A stretch of 64,000 nucleotides of DNA from Octopus sinensis (taxonomy: Eukaryota): positions 111,910,001-111,974,000 of the forward strand of contig NC_043000.1 in assembly GCF_006345805.1 (NCBI RefSeq), read 5' to 3'. The stretch's first letter is position 1. The number at the start of each line of letters is the position of its first letter. This document shows positions 37,029 to 47,412 of this stretch, piece after piece. Below the pieces are notes generated by a model, which made no database searches, was not told where the DNA came from, and worked only from the letters and a program-made list of their open reading frames with translations. Both the position numbers and the translations under genes were made by a program.

Positions 37029-40000
37029 CAACAATTGAGGGTAAAATTAATTATTATTAATCAATTTCACCAAGTGTTCAGTATGTAAAGGGACCATTTA
37101 AGGCGAATTCAAATTATTACATTATATAAAAGGGCTTAGTAAAATAAATTACTTTGCCACATACTGGCAAAGTATGTGGCAAAGTAATTTATTTTACTAA
37201 GCCCTTTTATATAATGTAATAATTTATATATATATATATATACTTTTACTTGTTTCAGTCACTTGACTGCAGCCATGCTGGAGCACTGCCTTTAGTCGAA
37301 CAAATAGACCCCAGGACTTATTCTTTGTAAACCTAGTATTTATTCTATTGGCTAGGTTACGGGGACGTGAACACACCAACTTTGCCTTTCATCCTTTTGG
37401 GGTCAATAAATTAAGTACCAGTTGAGTACAGGGGTCGATGTGATCGACTGTCCCCCCTCCACGCAAAATCCAGGCCTTGAGCCTATAGCAGAAAGAATTA
37501 TGCCATGTCTGATATACACAATGTTCATTGAAGTGTTCTGATTCTGTGCACCTGGCTGAGAAACAAGTAAAAACTTTGAACCAACAAGTGGTCACTCAAC
37601 TCGCTAGAAATAGTAGTCATACATTACAACCACAGATAATGTAATCAACCAATTATTGTTATCAAAATTAGAAGGTCCCAAAGCGTTTGTTTAATGTTAT
37701 CTGTTGGTTATTGTTATCGAAAGGGTTTAAGTCAAAGTGATCACAATAGACAATATCCCTTGTAATAATTGTTTCTAGCATCGGCACAAGGTCAGAAACT
37801 TGGGAGAGGAGGGGTTTGTTGATTATATTGACCCCAGCACTGGACTGGTACTTTACTTCATTGATCCTGGACAGATGAAAAGCAAAGTTGACTTCAGCAG
37901 GAATTTGAACTCAAAACATAAAGAGCTAGAACAAATATTATAAAGCATTTTCTCTGACCCTCTAAAGGTAGCTATGGTCAGCCTGTGGCCCATGGAACTT
38001 TCTGGATGGCATACCTAATGAAAGACTACCTTGAATTTTTTTAGTAGTGTGGCCCTTTTCTGGAAAATGGTTGGTCATGCCTGCTCTAAAGATTATACTA
38101 ATCCAACACCTTAACCTTCTAATAATTACTATCATTTATCACAGGTGTTTGGTTCCAAAAGAACACAGTATTAAATGAAACAAGGATAGATGAATAACAG
38201 AACTTGTGGGAAGCAGGGGTTTCGTTCCAAGACCCAAAATTATCCTCAGCATTGTAGATGGCTGCCAGGGCATGCTTGTATGGCCAAGCAGGATCTTTGC
38301 CTCATCGCAGATCAACTCATGATAGGTACAACATGGTTCACAACCAGCATACCATGGATCAGTGGTGAATGAATCGTTGAAAAATGTACAGAAAACCTCG
38401 ACAATGGATCTCATTGGCGATCCTCAGAAGGATGTGAGGCAAAGTCAATGTCAACAGGGATTTGAATTAGAATGCCTTTGATCATAGTTCCGCTAGATGT
38501 CATGAGCGGACTGACTGACCTGGGGTTAAACAATAACAGAAGGTCAAGATTAATGGCAAGTGTTTAATCAACAATCTTCATATCAATAGATATTTCTAAA
38601 CAGAGTTGACTGGTTCCACTAGACAGCAACAACAACAGTTTAAGTGGCTGTCTGTAAAAGCTGATTGGTAAATAAAGTGCAGGAGATTGTGTGGGCGGAT
38701 ATGAGTAACAGAGAGATTAAGAAGGACAGCAAACTGCATTGGTAAGATAAATATTTTGTCTATAATGACCCAGTTAACGTGATTGGGAATTTACAAAAGA
38801 CATACAGTAACTAGATAAAAAAAAAAAAAAAAAGAAGTACCTGCTTTAATCCTGACATGGTTAGCCGTGTAACTTCATTTCGGACAACAAAACAGGTCTG
38901 ATCGTATGTCATCATCCTCATTTTAACATCCACTTTTCCATAGCTAGCATGGGTCGGAAGGAATCTGTCGAAGCAGATTTTCTATAGTTAAATGCCCTTC
39001 CTGTTGCCAACCCTCACCTGTTTCCAAGCAAGGTAATTTTACCCCAAGACCAGTCTTGTTTCCATGGAAGTTTGGAAATGAAGGACACTGACTGCATGAA
39101 GTGGCTTTTCATAACTATCACTGGAAGGCAAGGAGACAGTAACACACACACACACACATATAGAAATGGCATCCAACCAGAGAAACCAAGCCAAAACAGA
39201 CTATGGAACCTGGTGTGGCTCCTGTGTTTGCCAGGTCCTGTCAAGCCATCCAATCCATGCCAGGAAGGAAAAAAAGACATGTATGAACAGTGTATGGCTG
39301 GTGAAACTATACATACACATATATACATACATATAGGCAAGTGAAATCAAAATTGCTGACATGGCCAACGAAAGGACCGCCTGATTGGCACTCATGCCAG
39401 TGGAACATTAAGAGCACAACCGAGTGTGATCGTTGCCAGGGACATGGATTGGCTCCCGTACCAGTGGCAGAAAGCTAGCTTCAAGCAATCTGTAGTAAAT
39501 ATAAAAACCAACTTTCAAGGACAAAAGTGGTTTACTGAGGCAAAAGTTTGTGGATTTTTTTTCTTATCAATGTACGATAAATCACATACCAGGGTTGCCA
39601 GGTATGTGATTAAGAATATAAGAATTAAAGAAAGGAGTAGATAAGATCCAGGCTACAAGTGTTTCATAGCGAGAGAACCTCGGAAGTGGTAAATATCCAA
39701 GTGAGGGGTATACCGCAGGCTACTCTTCAGGCCATGGGGATCTTGATTAAATGAAAGTTTACATTGTCACAAGGAGGTACATGTTAACACAACATGTAAA
39801 CAAAGCAAACTTCATTTTATCAAAATATCCTTGGCCTGAGAGTAGCCTGCGGTATACACCTCGCTTGGATATATATATATTTCTTACTCTTATATATATA
39901 TCTTTACTCTTTTACTTGTTTCAGTCATTTGACTGTAGCCATGCACAGTCAGACAATTAGAATTGTCTTGAGTCGAGTAAATCGCCCCCAGGACTTATTC

Positions 40001-41506
40001 TTTGTAAAACTAGTACTTATTCTATCGGTCTCTTTTGCCGAACTGCTAAGTTACGGGGACGTAAACACACCAGCATCGGTTGTCAAGCGATGTTGGGGGG
40101 ACAAACACAGACACACAAACATACATATATATACATATATACGACGGGCTTCTTTCAGTTTCCATCTACCAAATCCACTCACAAGGCTTTGGTCAGCCTG
40201 AGGCTATAGTAGAACACACTTGCCCAAGGTGCCACGCAGTGGGACTGAACCCGGAACCATGTGGTTCATAAGCAAGCTACTTACCACACAACCAATCCTA
40301 CACCTATATATATATGTATGTATGATCACATGTATTCAAATAAATACAAACCATCAGACAAGTGAATGGGTAGATACACAATAAAATAAATATATATAGG
40401 CAGTGTGTGTGTTAATTATATTAGCATAATGACTCTTCCTAGACACAACAAAATACATATAGGCAATTAAAAAGCTATTGGCTATTTATTTGCTTGTCTA
40501 TGTAAGGAAACAGAGGCGTACATGCATTCAATGGATATCTCGTTTTAGGCTCAGAAACAGATACACCTCATGATGTATGTAAATATTTTGAGAGCTTTTC
40601 AATTTGATATACGTGGTCAGACTTTATTGAAGATTTCTTCAGATCCAATGTTGGATGTGAATCACAAAAACCACAGATAATTTTCGTGAGAAATACCATG
40701 TGTGAAAAATTTTAAAGATCTTCTGTATGGGTGAGAGAGTGCTTGCATAGGTATGTGTGTTTGTCATGCAGTCTATAGAACTTAGTTCAAATGCAGAGAT
40801 TAACGATTTCATCATATTAAGATGATTGATAATTAATCCAGCATTTAAAAAAAGTTAAGTGTGCGTGTATCTATATATATGAACACAAATAGATAGAGAG
40901 AGAGAGAAGGGGGGTGGCGACCTGGCAGAATCATTAGCACACAGGGTGAAGTGCTCAGCAATAATTCATCTGTCCTTGTTCTGAGTTCAAATTCTGCCGA
41001 GGCCAACTTTGCCTTTCATTCCATTTGGGGTCGATAAAATAAGTACCAGTTGAGCACTGGGGTCAATATAATTGAGTTAGAAAGACTTAGATAAACTTAG
41101 ATATGTTTCGACCAAAGACTGGTCCAGGCCATGTCTAACTTAATAGCACCACCTGATAGGATTATTCGAATCCTGTTTAAGTCAAGTTTTGTTTATGGTC
41201 CATTCAAGTAGTGAGTTCTTGTTGGGTGAGTTGTATCCAATTACGGGTGGCTTATCTGGTATTCTTTGAAGGAATCTATCCAGACTCCGTTTAAAGTTGA
41301 TGGGATCCTTTTCCTCTTTGATCTCTTTCAGGACAATGTTAAATAGGGCAGGGGCTGTTGAGGAAAAGAAATTATGTTGCAGGACAGAGTAAGCTCATCA
41401 AACCAAGCATGATCTCAAGCTCAGACCGTGGTTGATGGAGAACATGCTGGGGCCTCCCTTCAGTGCACTGAACATAGGCAATCCGACCATATATATATAT
41501 CTATAT

Positions 41507-41550
<44 letters not shown>

Positions 41551-42779
41551 CACACGCACACAGAGTTCAACGAGTCTAATGAGTAACTCAATCATGCATG
41601 AGTTGAAACAAGCAAGTACATCATGGAAAAGCCACTTAATAACACACAAAACACTGAAATTCACTTCAAAATTTATAATTTCATGCAACCCACTCACTGA
41701 GTGAAAGGACGAAAATGTAGGCACTTCATTAAGTAAATTTAAAGAGAATTTAATCGCTCTGTTTATTATTAAATGAGTAGAATAGTTATTCTGCAATATG
41801 AGGGATACATAAAGAGATATAAAATATACATATATATAACCGTGTCGGAGAGATTCTAATTGGTGCAACGAAAATTTTGACATCATATATCTTGTGTGTT
41901 TTCGGATGGTTGTAAATGATTTAGTTTCGATACTCATGCCTGGCATGTACATGTCCGAAATATATATATATGGATTGGCAACTGCTTTGATAGATGAAAA
42001 AATATGTAAACACATGTGTTATAAAGATATATTACAAGATTCCTGATGTGAAATCACGTGTTGAAACAGATATTGTTGTATTTCGGGATGGTCTTTTTTC
42101 TTTTTCTTTGCCAAATAAATACACGCACTGTATATTCATTCTTCACTCGTTTGTTACTGTTCTCATTCTAACTCATGTCCATTGTCCGGAAATCTTTCGT
42201 CACATATCTGTGTCCTCCTCAGCGACACTTTCCATCTTCGTGCATTCCAGAATGGAATAAACAGAGCAAGAGGCAGACAATGGACATGAGTTATAATAAT
42301 AACAGTAATAAACGCATGAAGAACGAATATATAGCGCGTGTGTTTATTTGGGAAAAAAAAAAGACCGTCCCGAAATACAACAGTGTGTGTGTATGTTGAT
42401 GCAAACAGGCAAAATAAAGCTCAAAATATGAATATATGTATATGTTTTTATTAATATTTAGCAGAAGTAACAGAGTGATTCAAGAGCCGAGAGTTTCGTG
42501 CGTTTGCACTTATCGAACTAAGCCTGCAGCAAGTAGACTTTCAACCTGTGACCAGTTTGATAAGTGCCAACGCACGAAACTCTCGGCTCTTGAGTCACTC
42601 TGTTACCTCTGCTATATATATATATGGCGTTAGGTAAGGCATCCAGCCGTAGAAACATTGCCAGATCAGACTGGGCCTGGTGCAGCCTTCTGGCTTCCCA
42701 GACCCCAGTTGAACCGTCCAACCCATGCCAGCATGGAAAGTGGACGCTAAACGATGATGATGATGATATATACATATAT

Positions 42780-42825
<46 letters not shown>

Positions 42826-43402
42826 TATACCCCGGGGGTACTACTTGAGAACAGTTGTCCCGGTGCGCGCACTCGCGCTAGCTAGTCATGACTAGTCGAT
42901 CCTTTGTGTTTTTCTGTGTTATTTACTTTGTTTAAAAAATTATTTATTTTGTGTTTTATTTACTTTGCTAGGAAGTCGTTGTAGGATCGACTAGTCATGA
43001 CTAGCTAGCGCGGATGCACGACTACGCGAGTGCGCGCACCGGGACCACTGTTATATATATATATACACACACACATACAGGGCGATCTTTCGATTTTTGA
43101 AAATATATATTGGCGCACAAAGTATGAGCGAATCGTTTGAAATTCGTGCAAATGTATTGGCTTTGTTCACCGGCTTACTAGAAATTTTGCCAAATGCATA
43201 CATATATTATATATATAGGTATATATATCCACACACACACACATGGTTAGCCAAGAGCGGTAGGTAGGAAAGCAGATAAATAATTAAAGCAAATTTAGTA
43301 GCAACAATCTGTGTTGGTATAGATTAGTAAAGAAAACGCTTACCCCATGATCATATTGCAGTTATATGCAATAAGATAGGTTTTATAAATTTCTTCTGTC
43401 AT
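19791..43402 (-). CDS. HACD: Very-long-chain (3R)-3-hydroxyacyl-CoA dehydratase (HACD1/HACD2/PTPLA-like), 7 coding exons, 227 aa
   Basis: Manual splicing gives MTEEIYKTYLIAYNCNMIMG-WSSILF...FQTGAVLE-VLHVAIG...FSRLFVVWG...E-AQENVGVVMFLVAWVITEIIRYTYY...WAR-YSLFVGLYPLGVT-GELL...SYIP-IFPQLFGRMLSQRKRVL...KKE*. Exons 59+118+108+122+40+139+98=684 nt, all GT-AG, phases match. Family motifs FQT, W..TEIIRY, LYP.GV.GE and PQL..M..QRK are present. Confidence 0.96.
19960..20189. mobile_element. piggyBac-like MITE (TTAA TSD) in HACD intron 6
   Basis: TTAA|CCCTTCAGCAT...ATGCCAAAGGG|TTAA; a related copy lies in opposite orientation at 29161-29383. Confidence 0.75.
20216..20520 (-). mobile_element. Degenerate LINE RT C-terminal fragment in HACD intron 6
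   Basis: LFFNARKHFSPKQLSTL resembles LINE RT ..RARKYFSP.QLLTLYK.. segments; it does not fit the HACD splice path. Confidence 0.4.
20838..21320. mobile_element. Two adjacent copies of a second TTAA-type MITE family
   Basis: About 20838-21066 and 21090-21320 share ...GTACAAATGTC.GTTTTCATAAGTTTTGAATTAAAATCTTCCACCAAACCTTAGTC... and AAAGGGTT ends. Confidence 0.7.
21656..21794 (-). CDS. HACD: HACD coding exon 6 (GELLCMFRSLP...LSYIP; catalytic Glu)
   Basis: Acceptor gttctttcag|, donor CCAA|GTAAGT, 139 nt; visible inside track ORF 21564..21809. Confidence 0.95.
21841..22092. repeat. 55-bp minisatellite, about 4.4 copies, in HACD intron 5
   Basis: CCTTAAAATGGTACC recurs at 21849, 21904, 21959, 22014 and 22069. 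Confidence 0.95.
22288..22327 (-). CDS. HACD: HACD coding exon 5, 40 nt (YSLFVGLYPLGVT; catalytic Tyr)
   Basis: Acceptor ctgtttttctttctag|, donor ACT|GTAAGT. Confidence 0.95.
25405..25600 (+). mobile_element. CR1-clade LINE 3' end with (ATT)n tail
   Basis: RKHFFTLRVAEAWNKLPASVV..FK...*, then gcacctgagcactgtacacaattattatt. Confidence 0.8.
26224..26828. mobile_element. Mariner-derived fold-back element made of two 3' ends
   Basis: TA|CGAGGGTGAGTCAAAAAGTAA...TTACTTTTTGACTCACCTTCG|TA. Both arms encode the mariner C-terminus (DYHLF...SDEEVKTVVKKWLKEQSTEFYRAGIHALIRRWNIAIERNGDY). Confidence 0.88.
27028..27251 (+). mobile_element. Mariner-derived short non-autonomous element
   Basis: WLKAKPSEFFYK...CNKCVNLRREYVE* fragment between degenerate TIRs (...GGGGTG..AAAATTCCTGGCTTTA). 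Confidence 0.65.
29161..29383. mobile_element. piggyBac-like MITE (TTAA TSD) in HACD intron 4
   Basis: TTAA|CCCTTTAGCAT...ATGCTAAAGAG|TTAA. Confidence 0.75.
29935..30300 (-). mobile_element. tRNA-derived SINE (family D)
   Basis: Head GGCGCATGGCTCAGTGGTTAG...GAGTCCGATTCCCGGACCGGG with a non-tRNA body; not a tRNA gene. Confidence 0.75.
30500..30793. mobile_element. hAT-like MITE
   Basis: CAGTGCT...AGCACTG termini; 8-bp flanks GGTCACAA / CGTTACAG match at 5 of 8 positions (possible decayed TSD). Confidence 0.55.
31290..31411 (-). CDS. HACD: HACD coding exon 4 (AQENVG...AWVITEIIRYTYY...LMWAR)
   Basis: Acceptor ttgtttgacag|, donor CAG|GTAATT, 122 nt. Confidence 0.95.
32628..32735 (-). CDS. HACD: HACD coding exon 3 (VLHVAIGIVKS...FQVFSRLFVVWGIMQHVPE)
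   Basis: Acceptor ctttttctctccctcag|, donor GAG|GTATGG, 108 nt. Confidence 0.95.
33557..33674 (-). CDS. HACD: HACD coding exon 2 (WSSILF...KIFQTGAVLE)
   Basis: Acceptor tttcag|G, donor GAG|GTAAGC, 118 nt, FQTGA.LE motif. Confidence 0.95.
34173..35117. repeat. Inverted duplication in HACD intron 1
   Basis: Arms 34173-34511 and 34876-35117, near identical apart from microsatellite length. Confidence 0.93.
37111..37225. repeat. Perfect 55-bp-arm hairpin
   Basis: Arms 37111-37165 and 37171-37225, loop GGCAA. Confidence 0.95.
39693..39872. mobile_element. Small MITE-like inverted repeat (about 42-bp arms)
   Basis: ATATCCAAGTGAGGGGTATACCGCAGGCTACTC versus GAGTAGCCTGCGGTATACACCTCGCTTGGATAT. Confidence 0.65.
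39895..40305 (-). mobile_element. SINE family C, near full length
   Basis: Reverse complement closely matches 6681-7078. Confidence 0.85.
41085..41480 (-). mobile_element. CR1/L2-group LINE 3' remnant
   Basis: APALFNIVLKEIKEEKDPINFKRSLDRFLQRIPDKPPVIGYNSPNKNSLLEW on the minus strand. Confidence 0.65.
42075..42381. mobile_element. MITE-like element with about 105-bp imperfect TIRs
   Basis: GTTGTATTTCGGGATGGTC...CATGTCCATTGTC versus GACAATGGACATG...GACCGTCCCGAAATACAAC. Confidence 0.7.
42461..42612. mobile_element. MITE with about 55-bp TIRs, TA flanks
   Basis: GCAGAAGTAACAGAGTGATTCAAGAGCCGAGAGTTTCGTGCG ... CGCACGAAACTCTCGGCTCTTGAGTCACTCTGTTACCTCTGC. Confidence 0.8.
42837..43032. mobile_element. 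Second copy of the same MULE-like MITE, right end lost in (TA)n
   Basis: Shares GGTACTACTT, GGTGCGCGCACTCGCG, GCTAGCTAGTCATGACTAGTCGATCCT TIRs and the AT-rich core with 43936-44227. Confidence 0.85.
43344..43402 (-). CDS. HACD: HACD coding exon 1 (MTEEIYKTYLIAYNCNMIMG)
   Basis: ATG at 43402, in-frame TAG 12 codons upstream, donor GG|GTAAGC (phase 2); YL..YN...GW motif of the first TM helix. Confidence 0.9.
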
Positions 43403-43620
43403 TTTGAAAAGAGATGAGGAAAAGACGAACACAAGTTTCTAACACAAGTGGCGGTGTTAGGCTAAATGTAGTTAACGCTGTTGGTTTGTTCCGCTCGTTG
43501 AAGTTCAAAGTTTAATCGTGTTCAGTCAGTGAGGGGCGTGTCGAAATCCCTATCAACACTAATCGGGATTGAATCCTTAAACGGCGAGAAAGGGTTGCAT
43601 GAATGTGTGTGCGAAACGGA
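43403..43620 (-). promoter_or_regulatory. Putative HACD 5'UTR / proximal promoter
   Basis: CpG-enriched non-repetitive stretch directly upstream of the ATG, with a GC-box-like GGGGCGTG near 43533. No transcript evidence. Confidence 0.45.
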
Positions 43621-43935
43621 CAAAAAGTTTTTTTCCATAAGGATAATTTTTTTTTTAATTTATTCTCACTTTAAATATGTAAAATAACTAAGCGATCTTT
43701 CGGAGAAAGTATATCAAAGCTGAAAGTATTCGACAATTTCCATAATTTTTTTTTCTTTAATTTTCTTAGCTGAATTGCTTGTTTATGTATTCTTTTGTGT
43801 ATGTATGTGTGTATATTTGTGTATGTAAGTATAGCTATGTATGTGTTTATGTGCATGTATACATATTTGTGTATGTATGCGTGCGCACGCTGAAACAAAA
43901 AATTGATCTCTAAATGTATTGAAAAAGACTTTCTC

Positions 43936-44227
43936 GGTACTACTTAAGAACTCGCGTAGTTGCGCATCCGCGCTAGCTTGTCGTGACTAGTCGATCCTTA
44001 CTTTGTATTTTTGTGTGTTATTTACTTTGTTTAAAAAAATTATTTACCTTGTGTTTTATTTACTTAGTTTAAAAAAATTATTTACTTTGTGTAAAAAAAA
44101 AATATTTATTTTGTGTTTTATTTACTTTGCTAAGAAGTCGTTGTAGGATCGACTAGTCACGACTAGCTAGCGCGGATGCGCAACTACACGAGTGCGCGCA
44201 CCAGGTCCACTATTCTTAAGTAGTACC
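43936..44227. mobile_element. Mutator (MULE)-like MITE with 9-bp TSD
   Basis: GACTTTCTC|GGTACTACTTAAGAA...TTCTTAAGTAGTACC|GACTTTCTC; long CpG-rich TIRs around an AT-rich core. Confidence 0.88.
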
Positions 44228-44846
44228 GACTTTCTCTAAATGCATTGAAGACATTACAACATATTCAGAACAATATTTCAGAAAATTATCGTCGTTCTTT
44301 TTCAGTATACAAAAGACAGATTTAGGTGGAACCAAAATGGGTAAGACAAAATAGGGTAAATTTGCCTCTTCAATTCTTCAGAATTACATTTGAAAAAAGA
44401 GAAGTACACATCAATATCTATTCAATCAGAAATGCTGCAAAAGTTTTAAAAATGGAAGAGGATCATGGAAACATGGCACAGGATATTAAATTAACGAAAC
44501 TCAATTAAATCTAAAAACTCAACTCTATAGATTCTTCACGATTTGCTGGTGTTGCTCTTTTTCTCGTATATTTACACACCATGCAGTTAAAGGGAAGAAA
44601 TTATTGGAATTAGTCATTGCTCACTTTGCCCCCACTTTATACATTTTTGAAAATTGAAAATTATCAAACTAATGTGGGGAAAAATTGACATGGAATCCAA
44701 CAGAAAAGAATTTTGATAGTTAAACACAAAAAGTTATCCAGATATTTTATTAGTAACCTCAATTACAATCGAATTTGAAGAAAATTTCTTGTAAAAAGCG
44801 GACCTGTCACCTGACTACGTTTCAAACTTTAGAAAAATTTAATCTT

Positions 44847-45742
44847 CAGGGTGTATGGGTTTAATTTGACGATTTTTTGTTTCCTTTTCTTTTTTCAGCA
44901 ACAGCCTGATATGTAGGTGAACAGTCGAAGGCATAAATATCGAAGTTGTAGTTGAGAAACAGTGAGCTGACATGGAGCACTGTAAACCATCTGAATATTA
45001 GAAAAGTTAAGTGTACCATGATGATTCGCGCCGGGTGTCAAAATGGTGACATCAGGACTATTGTTCAATGTCTTGTGAACACTGAAAATGTTGTGACATG
45101 GACAGCTACAATGGAAGCTATGAAACCGTGAGCAGCTGAAAGGGACACAGCCAACATTCTGACTTTGTCCGAACGCCGGAGTTTTTACTTACACCTGTTA
45201 ACAGGGCTTTAGGCTCAATTCAGACGGCTTTGTGAAGGTTCTGAAGATTGGTCAATCCATGGCTGGAGAGGGTTACTGCTAAAAAGCCGTATGTGTGGCA
45301 GCAAGATTCAGCTCCTTGTCATACTTCTAGAAAGAGTCAGAAGTGGCTGTCGAAGAATTTCTATGACTTCACCAACCCCAATTTTTGGCCTCCTAATTCC
45401 CCACTCCACTCCTAATCCCATGGATTACAATGTGTTGGGTCCGGTTGAAGAAGACACTAACCGCTTTGCCTGCAACACCATTTCTAAAGCTGGTGGCCAA
45501 GATCAAGGAAGTGTTCGAAGAACTTCCCAGAGATACAGTGAGGAATGCATGTACCACGTTCTGGACTTGTCTTGAGACCGCGGTGGAAGCTGAGGGCGGC
45601 TACTCTCTGAAAACTGTTATATCCCTGCCATATTCTAGTTGATATTTTTTGATTTAAAAAAAAAAAACTTTTATTTTTGGACGGGACATTAGTCCCCCCC
45701 CCCCACTTTTCTGTAAATTGTCGAATTTAGCCAAATACCCCG
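44847..45742 (+). mobile_element. DD37D (maT-like) internally deleted transposon
   Basis: QDSAPCHTSRKSQKWLSKNFYDFTNPNFWPPNSP..NPMDY (about 37 residues D to D), ...AVEAEGGY; degenerate TIRs CAGGGTGTATGGG / CCAAATACCCCG. Confidence 0.75.
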
Positions 45743-45869
45743 TATGTTTTTTTCTTAACATCATCTTCACCACCACCATAATCACCTACTCAATGTTCAT
45801 TCATGACAACAACCACCGCTACAATTTTCTCCCTTTTTTGTTATTTTTACTCATTTTGTTGCATTCCAT

Positions 45870-46279
45870 GGATCTTTTCAGTTCGAACGGTAGTTTTTTC
45901 TAGCGGTGTCATATGAAATTGTCAACCATAATTATGACCCTAGTATTTATCTATTGCATTTCAATCTGTTTTTGGGGTGGGGTGGGGGGAAGGGTATCTT
46001 TTTTCCTTCAGAAATGTAAATAAACCCAATCTGTTTCTTAAACAAGGGACATATTCATACAGCACAGAATATTTTCACCTCAATAGACGCCATTGATTGG
46101 TTGAAATTGCAGAAATTGAAGAAAAAAAACAACAAATATCTTAAAAACTGTAGAATTTTCTCAAGAAAGCCGAGAGAAAAAGATGTTTTATAAACACATT
46201 CTACCAGTACACGAAGTTTAAAAGTGTTTAGTTACGTGGAAATTATTTTTAAAAACTGCCGTTCAAACCAAAAAGATCC
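45870..46279. mobile_element. Non-autonomous DNA element with 29-bp TIRs
   Basis: GGATCTTTTCAGTTCGAACGGTAGTTTTT ... AAAAACTGCCGTTCAAACCAAAAAGATCC. Confidence 0.75.
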
Positions 46280-46299
46280 GATCCAAATATTGCTAATAT

Positions 46300-46940
46300 C
46301 TTGGTGTCTTGAAGTGAAGAATTAACTGGTTTACAATTTTGTCTTGTGTGGGGAAATGAAAAAATGCCAAGTAAAAATTCAGTGTGATTAGTTAATATTT
46401 CTTTCCTGGTGTCACATAACATCAGGAAACTTGGAAAATCCGAAAATGTCGTAGCATTCTTATTTACCAATGGGACATGATGTTGTAGCCAAAACACTGT
46501 ACAATGAGATCGGTCAGAAGGATAATCCTGAGGTCAAAGAGATAAGAACGTACAGTGTAGTAGAACTTATAGCTACTAATTATATGAAAGAATATTGATG
46601 GAATCTTCTAGAGAAAACCTCAATATAATACAAACATAATATATCAGGCAGTAGGAAATAGTTTTCCAGTGGAGATGTCAACATAAAGCTAAAGATCAGC
46701 AAAAAAGAAAACACCAACGCTGTGATATTGAGAAATTTACAGCTATTGTACCTGGATTAGATCTTCAGGTTTATACCTGTAATTATTGGGGCATTGGGAT
46801 ATGTAGCTAACGATCTTGGTGCCAATCTTGAGAAATTAAGCTCCTCAAAACCAGAAAGGAGAAAGCTAATTATAAGATTAGATGATACAAGTCATCAGTG
46901 GAACTATCAAAATATATAAGACTTTTCAAAACTTTAGCAT
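46300..46940 (+). mobile_element. R4/Dong- or NeSL-like LINE remnant (restriction-like endonuclease region)
   Basis: PKMS...HDVVAKTLYNEI...IPVIIGALGYV...GTIKIYKTF, with stops and frameshifts. Confidence 0.75.
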
Positions 46941-47159
46941 ATGTACATATGGACGTCTAGACATGAAATTATATGAGTGTGCACACATAAAAACAAGATA
47001 TACAAATCTGTACATGCATTTATTCGAAACATAGAACACAAACATCTTTATGATGTTCAAAATTCCAGTGAAGGAGTCTTGACTCAAGGTTAGAAACTGG
47101 CTCTCTCTCCATTGGTAAAAAAAATCTAGAAATAAGCCTGAGTAATTACATGCATACAT

Positions 47160-47412
47160 GAAAGAAAGAAAGAAAGAAAGAAAGAAAGAAGGAAGGAAAA
47201 AAAGAAGGAAAGAAAGAAAAAGAAGGAAACAAAGAAAGAAAGAAAGGAAGAGAGAAAGAAAGAAAGAAGGAAAGAAAGAGAGAAGGAAGGAAGGAAAGAA
47301 AAAGAAGGAAACAAAGAGAGAAAGAAGGAAAGAAACAAACAAACAGAGAAAGAAGGAAAGAAAGAAAGGAAGAGAGAAAGAGAGAAGGAAGGAAAGAAAG
47401 AAAGAAAGAAAG
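47160..47412. repeat. (GAAA/GGAA)n purine microsatellite
   Basis: Direct reading. Confidence 0.95.
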
